Positions 1 through 10,020 of a DNA stretch of 32,000 bases are shown here, in pieces. Under the pieces are notes generated by a model. The model did no database searches, was not told where the DNA came from, and saw only the letters and a list, made by a program, of their open reading frames with translations. Source of the DNA: Kineococcus radiotolerans SRS30216 = ATCC BAA-149 (GTDB taxonomy: Bacteria > Actinomycetota > Actinomycetes > Actinomycetales > Kineococcaceae); the NCBI RefSeq assembly GCF_000017305.1, contig NC_009664.2, forward strand, positions 1,680,001-1,712,000. The letters run 5' to 3'. Position 1 is the first letter of the stretch. Every line of letters begins with the position of its first letter. The translations under genes and the position numbers were made by a program.

Positions 1-753
1 ACGCCGGTGGCGCGGGTGCTGCCCCGGTGGGAGGCGTGGCTGGCGCGGTGGCCGGCACCGGGCGACCTGGCCGCGGAGCCGCCGGGCGAGGCGGTGCGGA
101 TGTGGGACCGGCTGGGCTACCCGCGGCGGGCCCTGCGCCTGCACGCCGCGGCCGTCGCGATCCGCGACGAGCACGGCGGGCGGGTCCCCGACGACCACGC
201 GCGGCTGCTGGCCCTGCCCGGGGTGGGGACCTACACGGCCGCGGCGGTGGCGTCGTTCGCCTTCGGGCAGCGCCACGCCGTCGTGGACACCAACGTGCGG
301 CGCGTGCACGCCCGCGCCGTCACGGGCGCGGCCGAACCGGCGGCGGCCCTGACCGCGGCGGAGAACCGGCTGGCCGTGGAGCTGCTGCCCGAGGACGAGG
401 GGACCGCGGCGCGGTGGGCGGTGGCCGTCATGGAGCTGGGCGCCCTGGTCTGCACGGCCCGCGCCCCGCGGTGCGACGCCTGCCCGCTGCTGGACCGCTG
501 CGCGTGGGTGCTCGCCGGCCGTCCCGCGCACACCGGCCCGGTCCGCCGCGGGCAGGCGTGGGCCGGGACGGACCGTCAGGTCCGCGGGAAGCTGCTGGCG
601 GTGCTGCGCGAGAGCGCGGGCCCGGTGGAGGCGGCGGTGCTCGCGGGCTGCTGGGCGGACGCGGCCCAGCGGGAGCGGTGCCTGGACGGGCTGGTGGCCG
701 ACGGGCTGGTCGAACCCCTGGACGACGGCCGCTTCACCCTCCCCCGCTCCTGA
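1..753 (+). CDS. mutY: A/G-specific adenine DNA glycosylase MutY, 5'-truncated by the window edge
   Basis: Track ORF 7..753, with the frame open back to nt 1. It has an HhH-GPD core (LPGVGTYTAAAVASFAFGQRHAVVDTNVRRV) and a Cys-x6-Cys-x2-Cys-x5-Cys 4Fe-4S loop (CTARAPRCDACPLLDRC). Stop is TGA at 751-753. Confidence 0.85.
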   Translation, partial: TPVARVLPRWEAWLARWPAPGDLAAEPPGEAVRMWDRLGYPRRALRLHAAAVAIRDEHGGRVPDDHARLLALPGVGTYTAAAVASFAFGQRHAVVDTNVRRVHARAVTGAAEPAAALTAAENRLAVELLPEDEGTAARWAVAVMELGALVCTARAPRCDACPLLDRCAWVLAGRPAHTGPVRRGQAWAGTDRQVRGKLLAVLRESAGPVEAAVLAGCWADAAQRERCLDGLVADGLVEPLDDGRFTLPRS

Positions 754-762
754 GGGCGGGCG

Positions 763-1188
763 TCAGTCGTCGGTGGAGCGGCGCAGGCGCTTGACGTCGC
801 TGCGCTGGCGCTTGGTCTCCAGCCGGCGGCGCTGGGAACCGCGGGTGGGCCGGGTCGGGCGGCGCTGGGCGGGGGCCGGGGCGAAGGCCGCGGCGAGCTG
901 GCTGCGCAGGCGCTCGGCCGCCGCGGCGCGGTTGCGCAGCTGGGCCCGGTGCTCGGAGGCGGCGACGGTGAGGGTCCCCTCGACGAGCCGGCCCGCCAGG
1001 CGCTCCAGCGCCCGCTCGCGCAGGTCCTCGGGCACCGACGGGGAACGGGCGAGGTCGAAGGACAGCTCGACGCGGGAGTCGGTCGTGTTCACGCCCTGGC
1101 CCCCGGGTCCGCTGGAGCGGGAGAACCGCTCGTGCAGCTCCGCCGCCGGGATCCGCACCCGGCGGTTCACCACGAGGTCCCCGTCCAC
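763..1188 (-). CDS. arfB: Alternative ribosome-rescue factor / peptidyl-tRNA hydrolase ArfB (YaeJ family)
   Basis: GGQ motif (SSGPGGQGVNTT) followed by an Arg/Lys-rich C-terminal tail, and about 141 aa like E. coli ArfB. Start placed at GTG 1188, which has GGAGG 8 nt upstream. The ORF stays open to GTG 1206, so the start is uncertain by 6 codons. Confidence 0.85.
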   Translation of the reverse strand: MDGDLVVNRRVRIPAAELHERFSRSSGPGGQGVNTTDSRVELSFDLARSPSVPEDLRERALERLAGRLVEGTLTVAASEHRAQLRNRAAAAERLRSQLAAAFAPAPAQRRPTRPTRGSQRRRLETKRQRSDVKRLRRSTDD

Positions 1189-1236
1189 GGCCCCACCCTC
1201 CCCCACCGCCCGCGGCGGCTCCCGCCCGGCCCCGGT

Positions 1237-1749
1237 TCAGGCCGGAACGCGGCTCAGCACCTCGGCGAGGACGCGGTCGGGGCCGCCCCGCACCGGGACC
1301 CGGAAACCCCGCTCGTCGGGCTGCAGGCCCTCGAGGGTGTCGAGCTGGCTGCGCAGCAGCGACGCCGGCATGTAGTGGCCCTCGCGCTGGGCCAGGCGCT
1401 GCGCGAGGACCTCCGTGGGCACCTCCAGCTCGCAGAACACCACCGACGGGTTGTCCCGCGCCAGCAGGTCCCGGTAAGCGCGCTTGAGCGCCGAGCAGGT
1501 CACGACGACGGATTCCCCGGCCTCCTCGCGGGCGGCGATCCAGGCGGCGATGGACCGCAGCCAGGGCCAGCGGTCCTCGTCGGTGAGCGGCGTGCCGGAG
1601 GCCATCTTGGCGACGTTCGCCGGGGAGTGGAACTCGTCGCCCTCGGCGAAGGCCCATCCCCGGGCCGCGGCGATCCCCTCGGCCACGGTGGTCTTCCCGC
1701 CGCCGGAGACGCCCATGACGACGACGGTCGTGGTGCTGCCCGCGCTCAC
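1237..1749 (-). CDS. gntK: Gluconokinase (GntK-type P-loop sugar-acid kinase)
   Basis: P-loop MGVSGGGKTT, plus blocks matching E. coli GntK by eye (KMASGTPLTDEDRWPWL, CSALKRAYRDLL, GHYMPASLLRSQLDTLE). GTG 1749 is preceded by GGAGGAG and forms a GTGA overlap with the upstream stop. The rest of track ORF 1237..2325 is a spurious extension. Confidence 0.87.
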   Translation of the reverse strand: MSAGSTTTVVVMGVSGGGKTTVAEGIAAARGWAFAEGDEFHSPANVAKMASGTPLTDEDRWPWLRSIAAWIAAREEAGESVVVTCSALKRAYRDLLARDNPSVVFCELEVPTEVLAQRLAQREGHYMPASLLRSQLDTLEGLQPDERGFRVPVRGGPDRVLAEVLSRVPA

Positions 1750-2279
1750 CGGTCTCCTCCCCCCGCGGCGGGCAGGACCCGCAGCATCCTGCTGTTGCCC
1801 AGCGTGTTCGGCTTGACGCGGGCCAGGTCGAGGAACTCCGCGACCCCCTCGTCGTGGCTGCGCAGCATCTCGGCGTAGACCTCCGGCTCGACCGGCGTGC
1901 CCTCGATCTCGACGAAGCCGTGGCGCTCGAAGAAGGCCGTCTCGAAGGTGAGGCAGAACAGCCGGGTCACGCCCAGGTCGTCGGCCCGGCGCAGCAGCTC
2001 CTCCAGGACCCGCCCCCCGGTGCCCGTCCCCCGGGCGTCGGGGTGGACGGCGAGGGTGCGGATCTCGGCGAGGTCCTCCCACAGGACGTGGATCGCCCCG
2101 CACCCCACGACCCGGCCGTCGAGCTCGGCGACGACGAACTCCTGGACGGCCTCGTAGAGGGTGATGAGCTCCTTGCCGAGCAGGATGCGCTGGCGGGCGT
2201 ACTCCTCGACGAGGGCTCGCACGGCGGGCACGTCCGCCGTGCGGGCGGGACGGACCACGACCCCGGGACTCTCGGACAC
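1746..2279 (-). CDS. GNAT-family amino-acid N-acetyltransferase (short ArgA-like form)
   Basis: Acetyl-CoA binding block RTLAVHPDARGTGTGGRVLEELL. Overall it resembles the ~175-aa actinobacterial short N-acetylglutamate synthases (LYEAVQEF, FETAFFERHGF, VKPNTLGNSRML). Start placed at GTG 2279 (GAGGA 8 nt upstream). The ORF stays open to GTG 2312, but that site lies inside the clpC1 terminator hairpin. Confidence 0.75.
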   Translation of the reverse strand: MSESPGVVVRPARTADVPAVRALVEEYARQRILLGKELITLYEAVQEFVVAELDGRVVGCGAIHVLWEDLAEIRTLAVHPDARGTGTGGRVLEELLRRADDLGVTRLFCLTFETAFFERHGFVEIEGTPVEPEVYAEMLRSHDEGVAEFLDLARVKPNTLGNSRMLRVLPAAGGGDR

Positions 2280-2310
2280 GCCGGTGATCCTCGCAGACCG
2301 GCCCGGACGC

Positions 2311-2349
2311 ACGACGGCCCGGCACCCCCGTGGGGTGCCGGGCCGTCGT
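2311..2349 (-). terminator. Stem-loop downstream of clpC1 (intrinsic-terminator-like, no U-tract)
   Basis: Perfect 18-bp inverted repeat ACGACGGCCCGGCACCCC / GGGGTGCCGGGCCGTCGT with 3 unpaired nt between the arms. It starts 14 nt after the clpC1 stop codon (2363-2365). Confidence 0.6.
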
Positions 2350-2362
2350 CAGCGGTGCGGGA

Positions 2363-4864
<2,502 letters not shown>

Positions 4865-5084
4865 GCGGCGCTCCTCGCGGGTGGTCGGGTCCGAAGGAGC
4901 AAGTCCCCCACGAACCATTCCGATGCTAGACCCGACCTCCGACAGCTTCACGCCCGTCGGCGTCGGCCGAGGGGCGGTGAGGCGGTCTGAGCCCGGTTGT
5001 CCTGTCCAACCTGCGCCCCGGACCCGGTGTTCCGCCACCTCGTTCGCTGGTGGCGTAGCCGCTCAGGTCCGCCCGTGCGCCGCC

Positions 5085-5112
5085 GCGCGGGGCTCGCGCG
5101 GGGCTCGCGCGG
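5085..5112. repeat. 11-bp tandem direct repeat, 2.5 copies (gcgcggggctc)
   Basis: gcgcggggctc at 5085-5095 and again at 5096-5106, then a partial gcgcgg. It lies in the clpC1 / oxidoreductase divergent intergenic region, 29 nt upstream of GTG 5141. Confidence 0.9.
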
Positions 5113-5140
5113 CACCCCCGCCGGCCCTAGCGTCCCCCCG

Positions 5141-6238
5141 GTGAGCGCTCCCCCGCGGCCGGCCCGCCTCGCCCTGACCGGCGGCGGCTTCCGCGCCGGC
5201 CTGCACCTGGACCTGCTGCGCCGGCTGCCGGAGCTGTTCGAGGTGACGGGGGTCCTGGCCCGCGGCGAGGCGAGCGCGGCCGCCGCGACCCGCCGCGGCC
5301 TGCCCGTCCACCGCGACCTCGACGGCCTGCTGCGCGCCGCGCCCGACGTCGTCGTGGTCTCGGTGCCCCCGGCCGCCGCCCCCGGCCTGGTGCGGGAGCT
5401 GGCCGGGCGCGGCGCGGCCGTGCTGACCGAGACGCCCCCGGCCGCGGACCTGGCCGGGCTGCGCGCGCTGTGGGAGGCGGTGGGGCCCTCCGGGCGCGTG
5501 CAGGTCGCGGAGCAGTACCCGCTCTCCCCCCACAACGCGGCGCGCGCGGAGGTGGTCCGCCGCGGGCTGCTGGGGACGCCGACGTCGGTGCAGGTCTCCT
5601 CCACGCAGCTGCACCACGCCGCCGCGCTGCTGCGCGGGTTCCTCGGGGTGGGCGCACGCCCGGCGCGGGTGGTGGCGACCGCGACGACGGCCCCGCTGGC
5701 CGACCCGATCACCCGCGCCGGGTGGACCGGCAGCGCCCACGAGCGCCCGCAGGTGACGACGGTGGCGACCCTGGACTTCGGCGACGGCCGCAGCGCGCTG
5801 TACGACTTCACCGAGACCCAGACCCGCAACCCGCTGCGCGCGCGTCGGCTGGTCGTCCGCGGCAGCGCCGGCGAGCTGGTCGACGACCGCCTGGTCCGGC
5901 TGGCGGACCCGGTGACGGTGCTGACCTCCTCGATCGAGCGGCGCCAGACCGGGCAGCACCAGGACCTGCAGGGCGCGGACCTGGACCACCTCGCCCTCGA
6001 CGGGCGGGTCCTGTTCCGCAACCCCTTCGCCGGCGCCCGGCTCTCCGACGAGGAGATCGCGGTGACGGAGCTGCTGCTGCGGGCCGCCGCGTGGGGGCGG
6101 GGCGAGGCGCCGGGGCCCTACCCGCTGGCGGAGGCGGCCCAGGACCACCTCCTCGGGCTGGCGATCGGCGCGTCCCTGGCCGCCGGCGGGCCCGTCGTCA
6201 CCGCGCAGGAGGCGTGGGCGGCGGCGCTCAGCCGGTGA
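5141..6238 (+). CDS. Gfo/Idh/MocA-like oxidoreductase (divergent member)
   Basis: N-terminal Rossmann-like RLALTGGGFRAG. AVLTETP sits where the family EKP motif normally is, and the size fits (365 aa). Start placed at GTG 5141 so the glycine motif lies ~10 aa from the N-terminus. The track ORF from 4997 runs into the clpC1 promoter region. No clear SD, so the start is uncertain. Confidence 0.62.
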   Translation: MSAPPRPARLALTGGGFRAGLHLDLLRRLPELFEVTGVLARGEASAAAATRRGLPVHRDLDGLLRAAPDVVVVSVPPAAAPGLVRELAGRGAAVLTETPPAADLAGLRALWEAVGPSGRVQVAEQYPLSPHNAARAEVVRRGLLGTPTSVQVSSTQLHHAAALLRGFLGVGARPARVVATATTAPLADPITRAGWTGSAHERPQVTTVATLDFGDGRSALYDFTETQTRNPLRARRLVVRGSAGELVDDRLVRLADPVTVLTSSIERRQTGQHQDLQGADLDHLALDGRVLFRNPFAGARLSDEEIAVTELLLRAAAWGRGEAPGPYPLAEAAQDHLLGLAIGASLAAGGPVVTAQEAWAAALSR

Positions 6239-7379
6239 CCGGCGCTGCGGCGGGGGCCCAGCGGGGGTCCAGCTCGGAGAAGGTCGCCAGCCGCTGCGCG
6301 GCGGCGGCCACCAGCTCGTCGACCCCGCGCACGACGCGGCGCTGGCCGTCCTCCTCGTCCAGGACCTCCACGAGCTCCGGCGGCACCGGCCGCGGGTCGG
6401 GCGCGGTGCGCACGGCCTCCAGGACGGTGGCGAAGGCGGCGGTGCGCTCCAGCGGCACCAGCAGCGGCGCGGCCGGGTCCTCGCGGTGCGCCAGCAGGTC
6501 CTCCAGCAGGTCGCGGCGGGTGTGCTGCTCCACCGCCGTCCCCTCCGGGGTCGACCAGGTCACCTCGTCGCGGGTGTAGCGCACCGTGGCGGTGCCGCGG
6601 CTGCCGTGCAGGACGACAGCGGGTTCGCGGGCGGTGGCGGCGCACAGGGTGACGGCGACGACGACCGTCGTCCCCCGCGCGGTCCGCAGCCGCAGGCAGG
6701 AGGTGTCGTCCGCCTCGATGGGGTTGGCGCGGTGCAGCTCCAGCTCCACGGAGGTCAGCGAGTCGGCGTCCTCGCTGCCGTCCAGGCGCAGCGCGGTGGC
6801 CACCGCGTGCGCGAAGGGGTTGGTGAGGGCGCCGTCGACGACGGGGCGGCCGTCCAGGGTGCGCCGTCCCGCCCAGGGGGCGCGGTCCCAGTAGCCGCTG
6901 CCGCGCTGCCAGGTGCCGGTGGCGCCGATGCCGCGCAGGGTGCCGATGCGCCCGGCCGCGACGTCGGCGACGACGGCGGGCAGCGCCTGCGACCCGAGGC
7001 TCTGGAAGCCGACCTGCACGCTGCGCCCGGCGGCCGCGGCGGCCCGCTGGAGCTGCTGGAACTCCGCCCAGGTGGCCGTGGGCGGCTTCTCCAGCAGCAG
7101 GTCGGCCCCGGCGGCGAGGGCGGCCAGCCCGATGGGGGCGTGGGTGGGGATGGGGGTGACCACGACGACGACGTCGGGACGGGCGCGGCGCAGGGCCACG
7201 TCGAGGTCGTCGGTCCAGGGGGCCGTTCCCGACAGCGCGGCCAGCTCCGGGTCGGGGGCGGTGGTGTCGCAGACGCCGGCGAGCTCCAGGCGGCCGGCGT
7301 CGGCGAAGCGGCGCAGCCGCTGCAGGTGCCCGCGCCCGTGCCCGTGGGCGCCCACGAGCAGGACGCGCGGCGCGCTCAC
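6228..7379 (-). CDS. Gfo/Idh/MocA family oxidoreductase
   Basis: N-terminus RVLLVGAHGHGRGHL plus ADLLLEKPP (family EKP motif). 383 aa. GTG 7379 forms a GTGA overlap with the upstream gene's stop. The rest of track ORF 6228..7985 is Arg/Pro-rich shadow. Confidence 0.8.
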   Translation of the reverse strand: MSAPRVLLVGAHGHGRGHLQRLRRFADAGRLELAGVCDTTAPDPELAALSGTAPWTDDLDVALRRARPDVVVVVTPIPTHAPIGLAALAAGADLLLEKPPTATWAEFQQLQRAAAAAGRSVQVGFQSLGSQALPAVVADVAAGRIGTLRGIGATGTWQRGSGYWDRAPWAGRRTLDGRPVVDGALTNPFAHAVATALRLDGSEDADSLTSVELELHRANPIEADDTSCLRLRTARGTTVVVAVTLCAATAREPAVVLHGSRGTATVRYTRDEVTWSTPEGTAVEQHTRRDLLEDLLAHREDPAAPLLVPLERTAAFATVLEAVRTAPDPRPVPPELVEVLDEEDGQRRVVRGVDELVAAAAQRLATFSELDPRWAPAAAPVTG

Positions 7380-8092
7380 CGCCCTGGCCCGCCCGCCCCG
7401 GACCCCCCGGCGTCGGCCGCGTCGGCGGTGTCGGCGGTGGCGGGGACGAGGCGCGGGAGCACCAGCCGGCGGTGCACGGCGTGCAGCGACAGCACCCACA
7501 GCGCGGGCAGGACCAGGAACACCCCGGGCAGGGTGAGGGCGAGCAGCGCGGCCACGGCCGTGACGGCCAGGGCGGCCGCACCGGCCAGCGGGACGCGGCG
7601 CAGCGCCAGCCAGCCCCCGGCCAGCGCGGGCCGCCAGCCGCGCCCGGCGGGACCGTCGGCGAGCTGCGGGATCCCGAGCAGGACGGCGGCCAGCAGGACG
7701 GCGACGACGACGAGCAGCGCGCCGGCGGCGAGGTCGCCGCCGGGGACGGTCCCCGAGCGCAGCAGGCCCAGCTCGACGGCGACGAGCCACCCGGCGAGGA
7801 GGGTGGCGACGCCGACGGGGACGCCGGGCAGGAAGCGGCGGCCGAACTCGCGGGCGGTCTCGGACCAGGGCGGCAGGTCGTCGGTGTCGGCCCAGTGCCC
7901 CACCGCCCGCGACACGGCCGCGACGACGGCGCCCAGGGGCAGCACGCAGAGGCTGAGCAGGGCCGCGACGACCCCGAGCAGGCACAGCTCGGAGATGCGC
8001 CGGACCTGCTCCTTCCAGCCGCTGCCGGACCCGGTGGCCTCGGGGGCGCGGCGGCGCCGGGCCCGCGGGGCGGTCGCCACGGGGGCGCTCAC
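7376..8092 (-). CDS. Polytopic membrane protein, DUF624/YesL-like
   Basis: 238 aa with several hydrophobic segments. The N-terminal pattern (LLGVVAALLSLCVLPLGAVVAAVSRAVGHW...REFGRRF) resembles DUF624. GTG 8092 overlaps the permease stop (GTGA), and its own stop overlaps the next GTG. High GC3. Confidence 0.58.
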   Translation of the reverse strand: MSAPVATAPRARRRRAPEATGSGSGWKEQVRRISELCLLGVVAALLSLCVLPLGAVVAAVSRAVGHWADTDDLPPWSETAREFGRRFLPGVPVGVATLLAGWLVAVELGLLRSGTVPGGDLAAGALLVVVAVLLAAVLLGIPQLADGPAGRGWRPALAGGWLALRRVPLAGAAALAVTAVAALLALTLPGVFLVLPALWVLSLHAVHRRLVLPRLVPATADTADAADAGGSGAGGPGR

Positions 8093-8991
8093 CCCTTGAT
8101 CCCGCTGGTGTTGATGCCCTCGACGATGAGCCGCTGGAAGACGAGGAAGAAGAGGAACACCGGGACCAGGCTGAGGACGGACATCGCGAACATCGGGCCG
8201 ATGGCGTTCTGCCCGGAGGAGTCCAGGAAGAGCCGCAGGCCGATGGGCAGCGTGTAGCGGGTGATGTCGTTGAGGTAGACCAGCTGGGAGAAGAAGTCGT
8301 TCCAGGTCTGGATGAACGAGAAGACCGTCGTCGTGACCAGGGCGGGCTTGCTCAGCGGGAGCACGATCCGGAAGAACGTGGCGAACGGCCCGCACCCGTC
8401 GATGGAGGCGGCCTCGTCCAGGGTGCGCGGGATGCCGCGCATGAACTGGACCATGAGGAAGATGAAGAACGCGTCCGTCGCGAGGAACTTCGGGACGATG
8501 AGCGGCAGCGGGGTGTTGACCCAGCCGAGGGCGTTGAACAGGACGTACTGGGGGACGACGAGCACGTGGTGCGGCAGCAGCAGCGTGCCGATCATCAGCG
8601 CGAACCACAGCCCCCGCAGCGGGAAGCGCAGCCGGGCGAAGGCGTAGGCGGCCAGCGCGCAGGAGACGACGTTGCCGATGACCACGCCGGCGGAGACGAC
8701 GACGCTGTTGGCGAAGAACCGGGCGAAGCTGACGCCGGGGATGCCGGACCAGCCCTCGGCGTAGTTCCCGGGGGTGAAGGACTCCGGCAGGACGTTGAGG
8801 TTGTTGGAGATCTCCTGCGGGGACTTCAGCGACGTGCCGATCATGTAGACGATCGGGTACAGCGCGACGACCAGCAGGGCCACCAGGACGACGTGGGCGA
8901 CGATCCCGCCGCGCCCGCGCGCGGGGCGGCCGCCGGTGGGGGCCTGCGGTGCGAGCGGCGCGGAGGCCAGCGTGCTCGGAGCGGTGGTCAT
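8089..8991 (-). CDS. Carbohydrate ABC transporter permease (MalG/CUT1 type)
   Basis: 300 aa with six hydrophobic segments. EAA-loop region LDEAASIDGCGPFATFFRIVLPLSKPAL. ATG 8991 overlaps the upstream stop by 1 nt (TGATG). Confidence 0.92.
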   Translation of the reverse strand: MTTAPSTLASAPLAPQAPTGGRPARGRGGIVAHVVLVALLVVALYPIVYMIGTSLKSPQEISNNLNVLPESFTPGNYAEGWSGIPGVSFARFFANSVVVSAGVVIGNVVSCALAAYAFARLRFPLRGLWFALMIGTLLLPHHVLVVPQYVLFNALGWVNTPLPLIVPKFLATDAFFIFLMVQFMRGIPRTLDEAASIDGCGPFATFFRIVLPLSKPALVTTTVFSFIQTWNDFFSQLVYLNDITRYTLPIGLRLFLDSSGQNAIGPMFAMSVLSLVPVFLFFLVFQRLIVEGINTSGIKG

Positions 8992-9959
8992 CAGTGCTCC
9001 CCCTCGTCGGCGTAGTGGACCCACAGCGAACCGCTGCGGAACACGATGGCGGTGATGACCCCCAGGACGAGCAGGAAGCCCCAGGCCATCGCCGAGGCGT
9101 AGCCCATCTGGAAGTCGCCGAACCCGCGCAGGTACAGGTACAGGGTGTAGAGCAGCGTCGAGTCCGCGGGGCCGCCGGTGCCGCCGCTGATGACGAACGC
9201 GGCGGTGAACCCCTGGAACCCGGCGATGGTCTCCAGCACGAGGTTGAAGAAGAGCACCGGGGACAGCATCGGCAGGGTGATGTGCCAGAACTGCTTGAAC
9301 CGGCCGGCGCCGTCGAGGGAGCCCGCCTCGAACAGCTCGGTGGGGATCTGCTTGAGGCCGGCCAGGAAGATCACCATGGGGGCGCCGAACTGCCAGGCCG
9401 CCAGCAGCACCAGGGTGCCCAGCGCCGTCGAGGGGTTGGTGATCCAGCTGCGCCCGTCGATCCCGACGAAGCCGAGGACCTCGTTGATGGCGCCCTGGCC
9501 GCCGAACAGCGTCTGCCACACGATGGCGATGGCGACGCTGCCGCCGAGCAGCGAGGGGACGTAGAACAGCGCCCGGTACAGGCCGACGCCGCGGCGGTCG
9601 CGGTAGAGCAGCAGGGCGACCCCGAGGGCGACGGCGAGCTTCAGCGGCACCGAGACGACCGCGAACAGCAGCGTCGCCTTGACGGAGTTCCAGTACTGTG
9701 GGTCGTCGGTGAGCATCCGGACGTAGTTCTCGAGCCCCACCCACTGCGGGGCCTGCAGCAGGTCGTAGTCGGTGAAGCTCAGGTAGAGCGAGTACAGCAT
9801 CGGGAAGAGCGTGATGCCGAACAGGCCGACGAACCACGGGATGAGGAACGTGTAGCCCGCGACCGCCTCCCGCCGGCGGCGGGGGCTGCTGCCCCGCACC
9901 TGGGCACCGGCGCTGCGGCGGGGTACGGCGTGCGGCGCGCGGTGGGCCGTGTCGGCCAT
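8991..9959 (-). CDS. Carbohydrate ABC transporter permease (MalF/CUT1 type)
   Basis: EAA-loop region ELFEAGSLDGAGRFKQFWHITLPMLSPVL. Start placed at ATG 9959 (AGGAG 8 nt upstream). The alternative ATG 9998 has no SD. Confidence 0.9.
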   Translation of the reverse strand: MADTAHRAPHAVPRRSAGAQVRGSSPRRRREAVAGYTFLIPWFVGLFGITLFPMLYSLYLSFTDYDLLQAPQWVGLENYVRMLTDDPQYWNSVKATLLFAVVSVPLKLAVALGVALLLYRDRRGVGLYRALFYVPSLLGGSVAIAIVWQTLFGGQGAINEVLGFVGIDGRSWITNPSTALGTLVLLAAWQFGAPMVIFLAGLKQIPTELFEAGSLDGAGRFKQFWHITLPMLSPVLFFNLVLETIAGFQGFTAAFVISGGTGGPADSTLLYTLYLYLRGFGDFQMGYASAMAWGFLLVLGVITAIVFRSGSLWVHYADEGEH

Positions 9960-10020
9960 GGGAACGCTCCTGTCCGTGTGCTTCGTCGGAGGTGCCATCG
10001 GGATGTCGTCGCCCGGGGGC

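Noticed and set aside
4865-5038. 58-codon N-terminal extension of ClpC1 given by the track ORF
   Set aside because: ClpC proteins begin at MFERFTDRARR. ATG 4864 has a GAGGAG Shine-Dalgarno sequence, and the extension has no similarity to ClpC and covers the likely promoter and leader.
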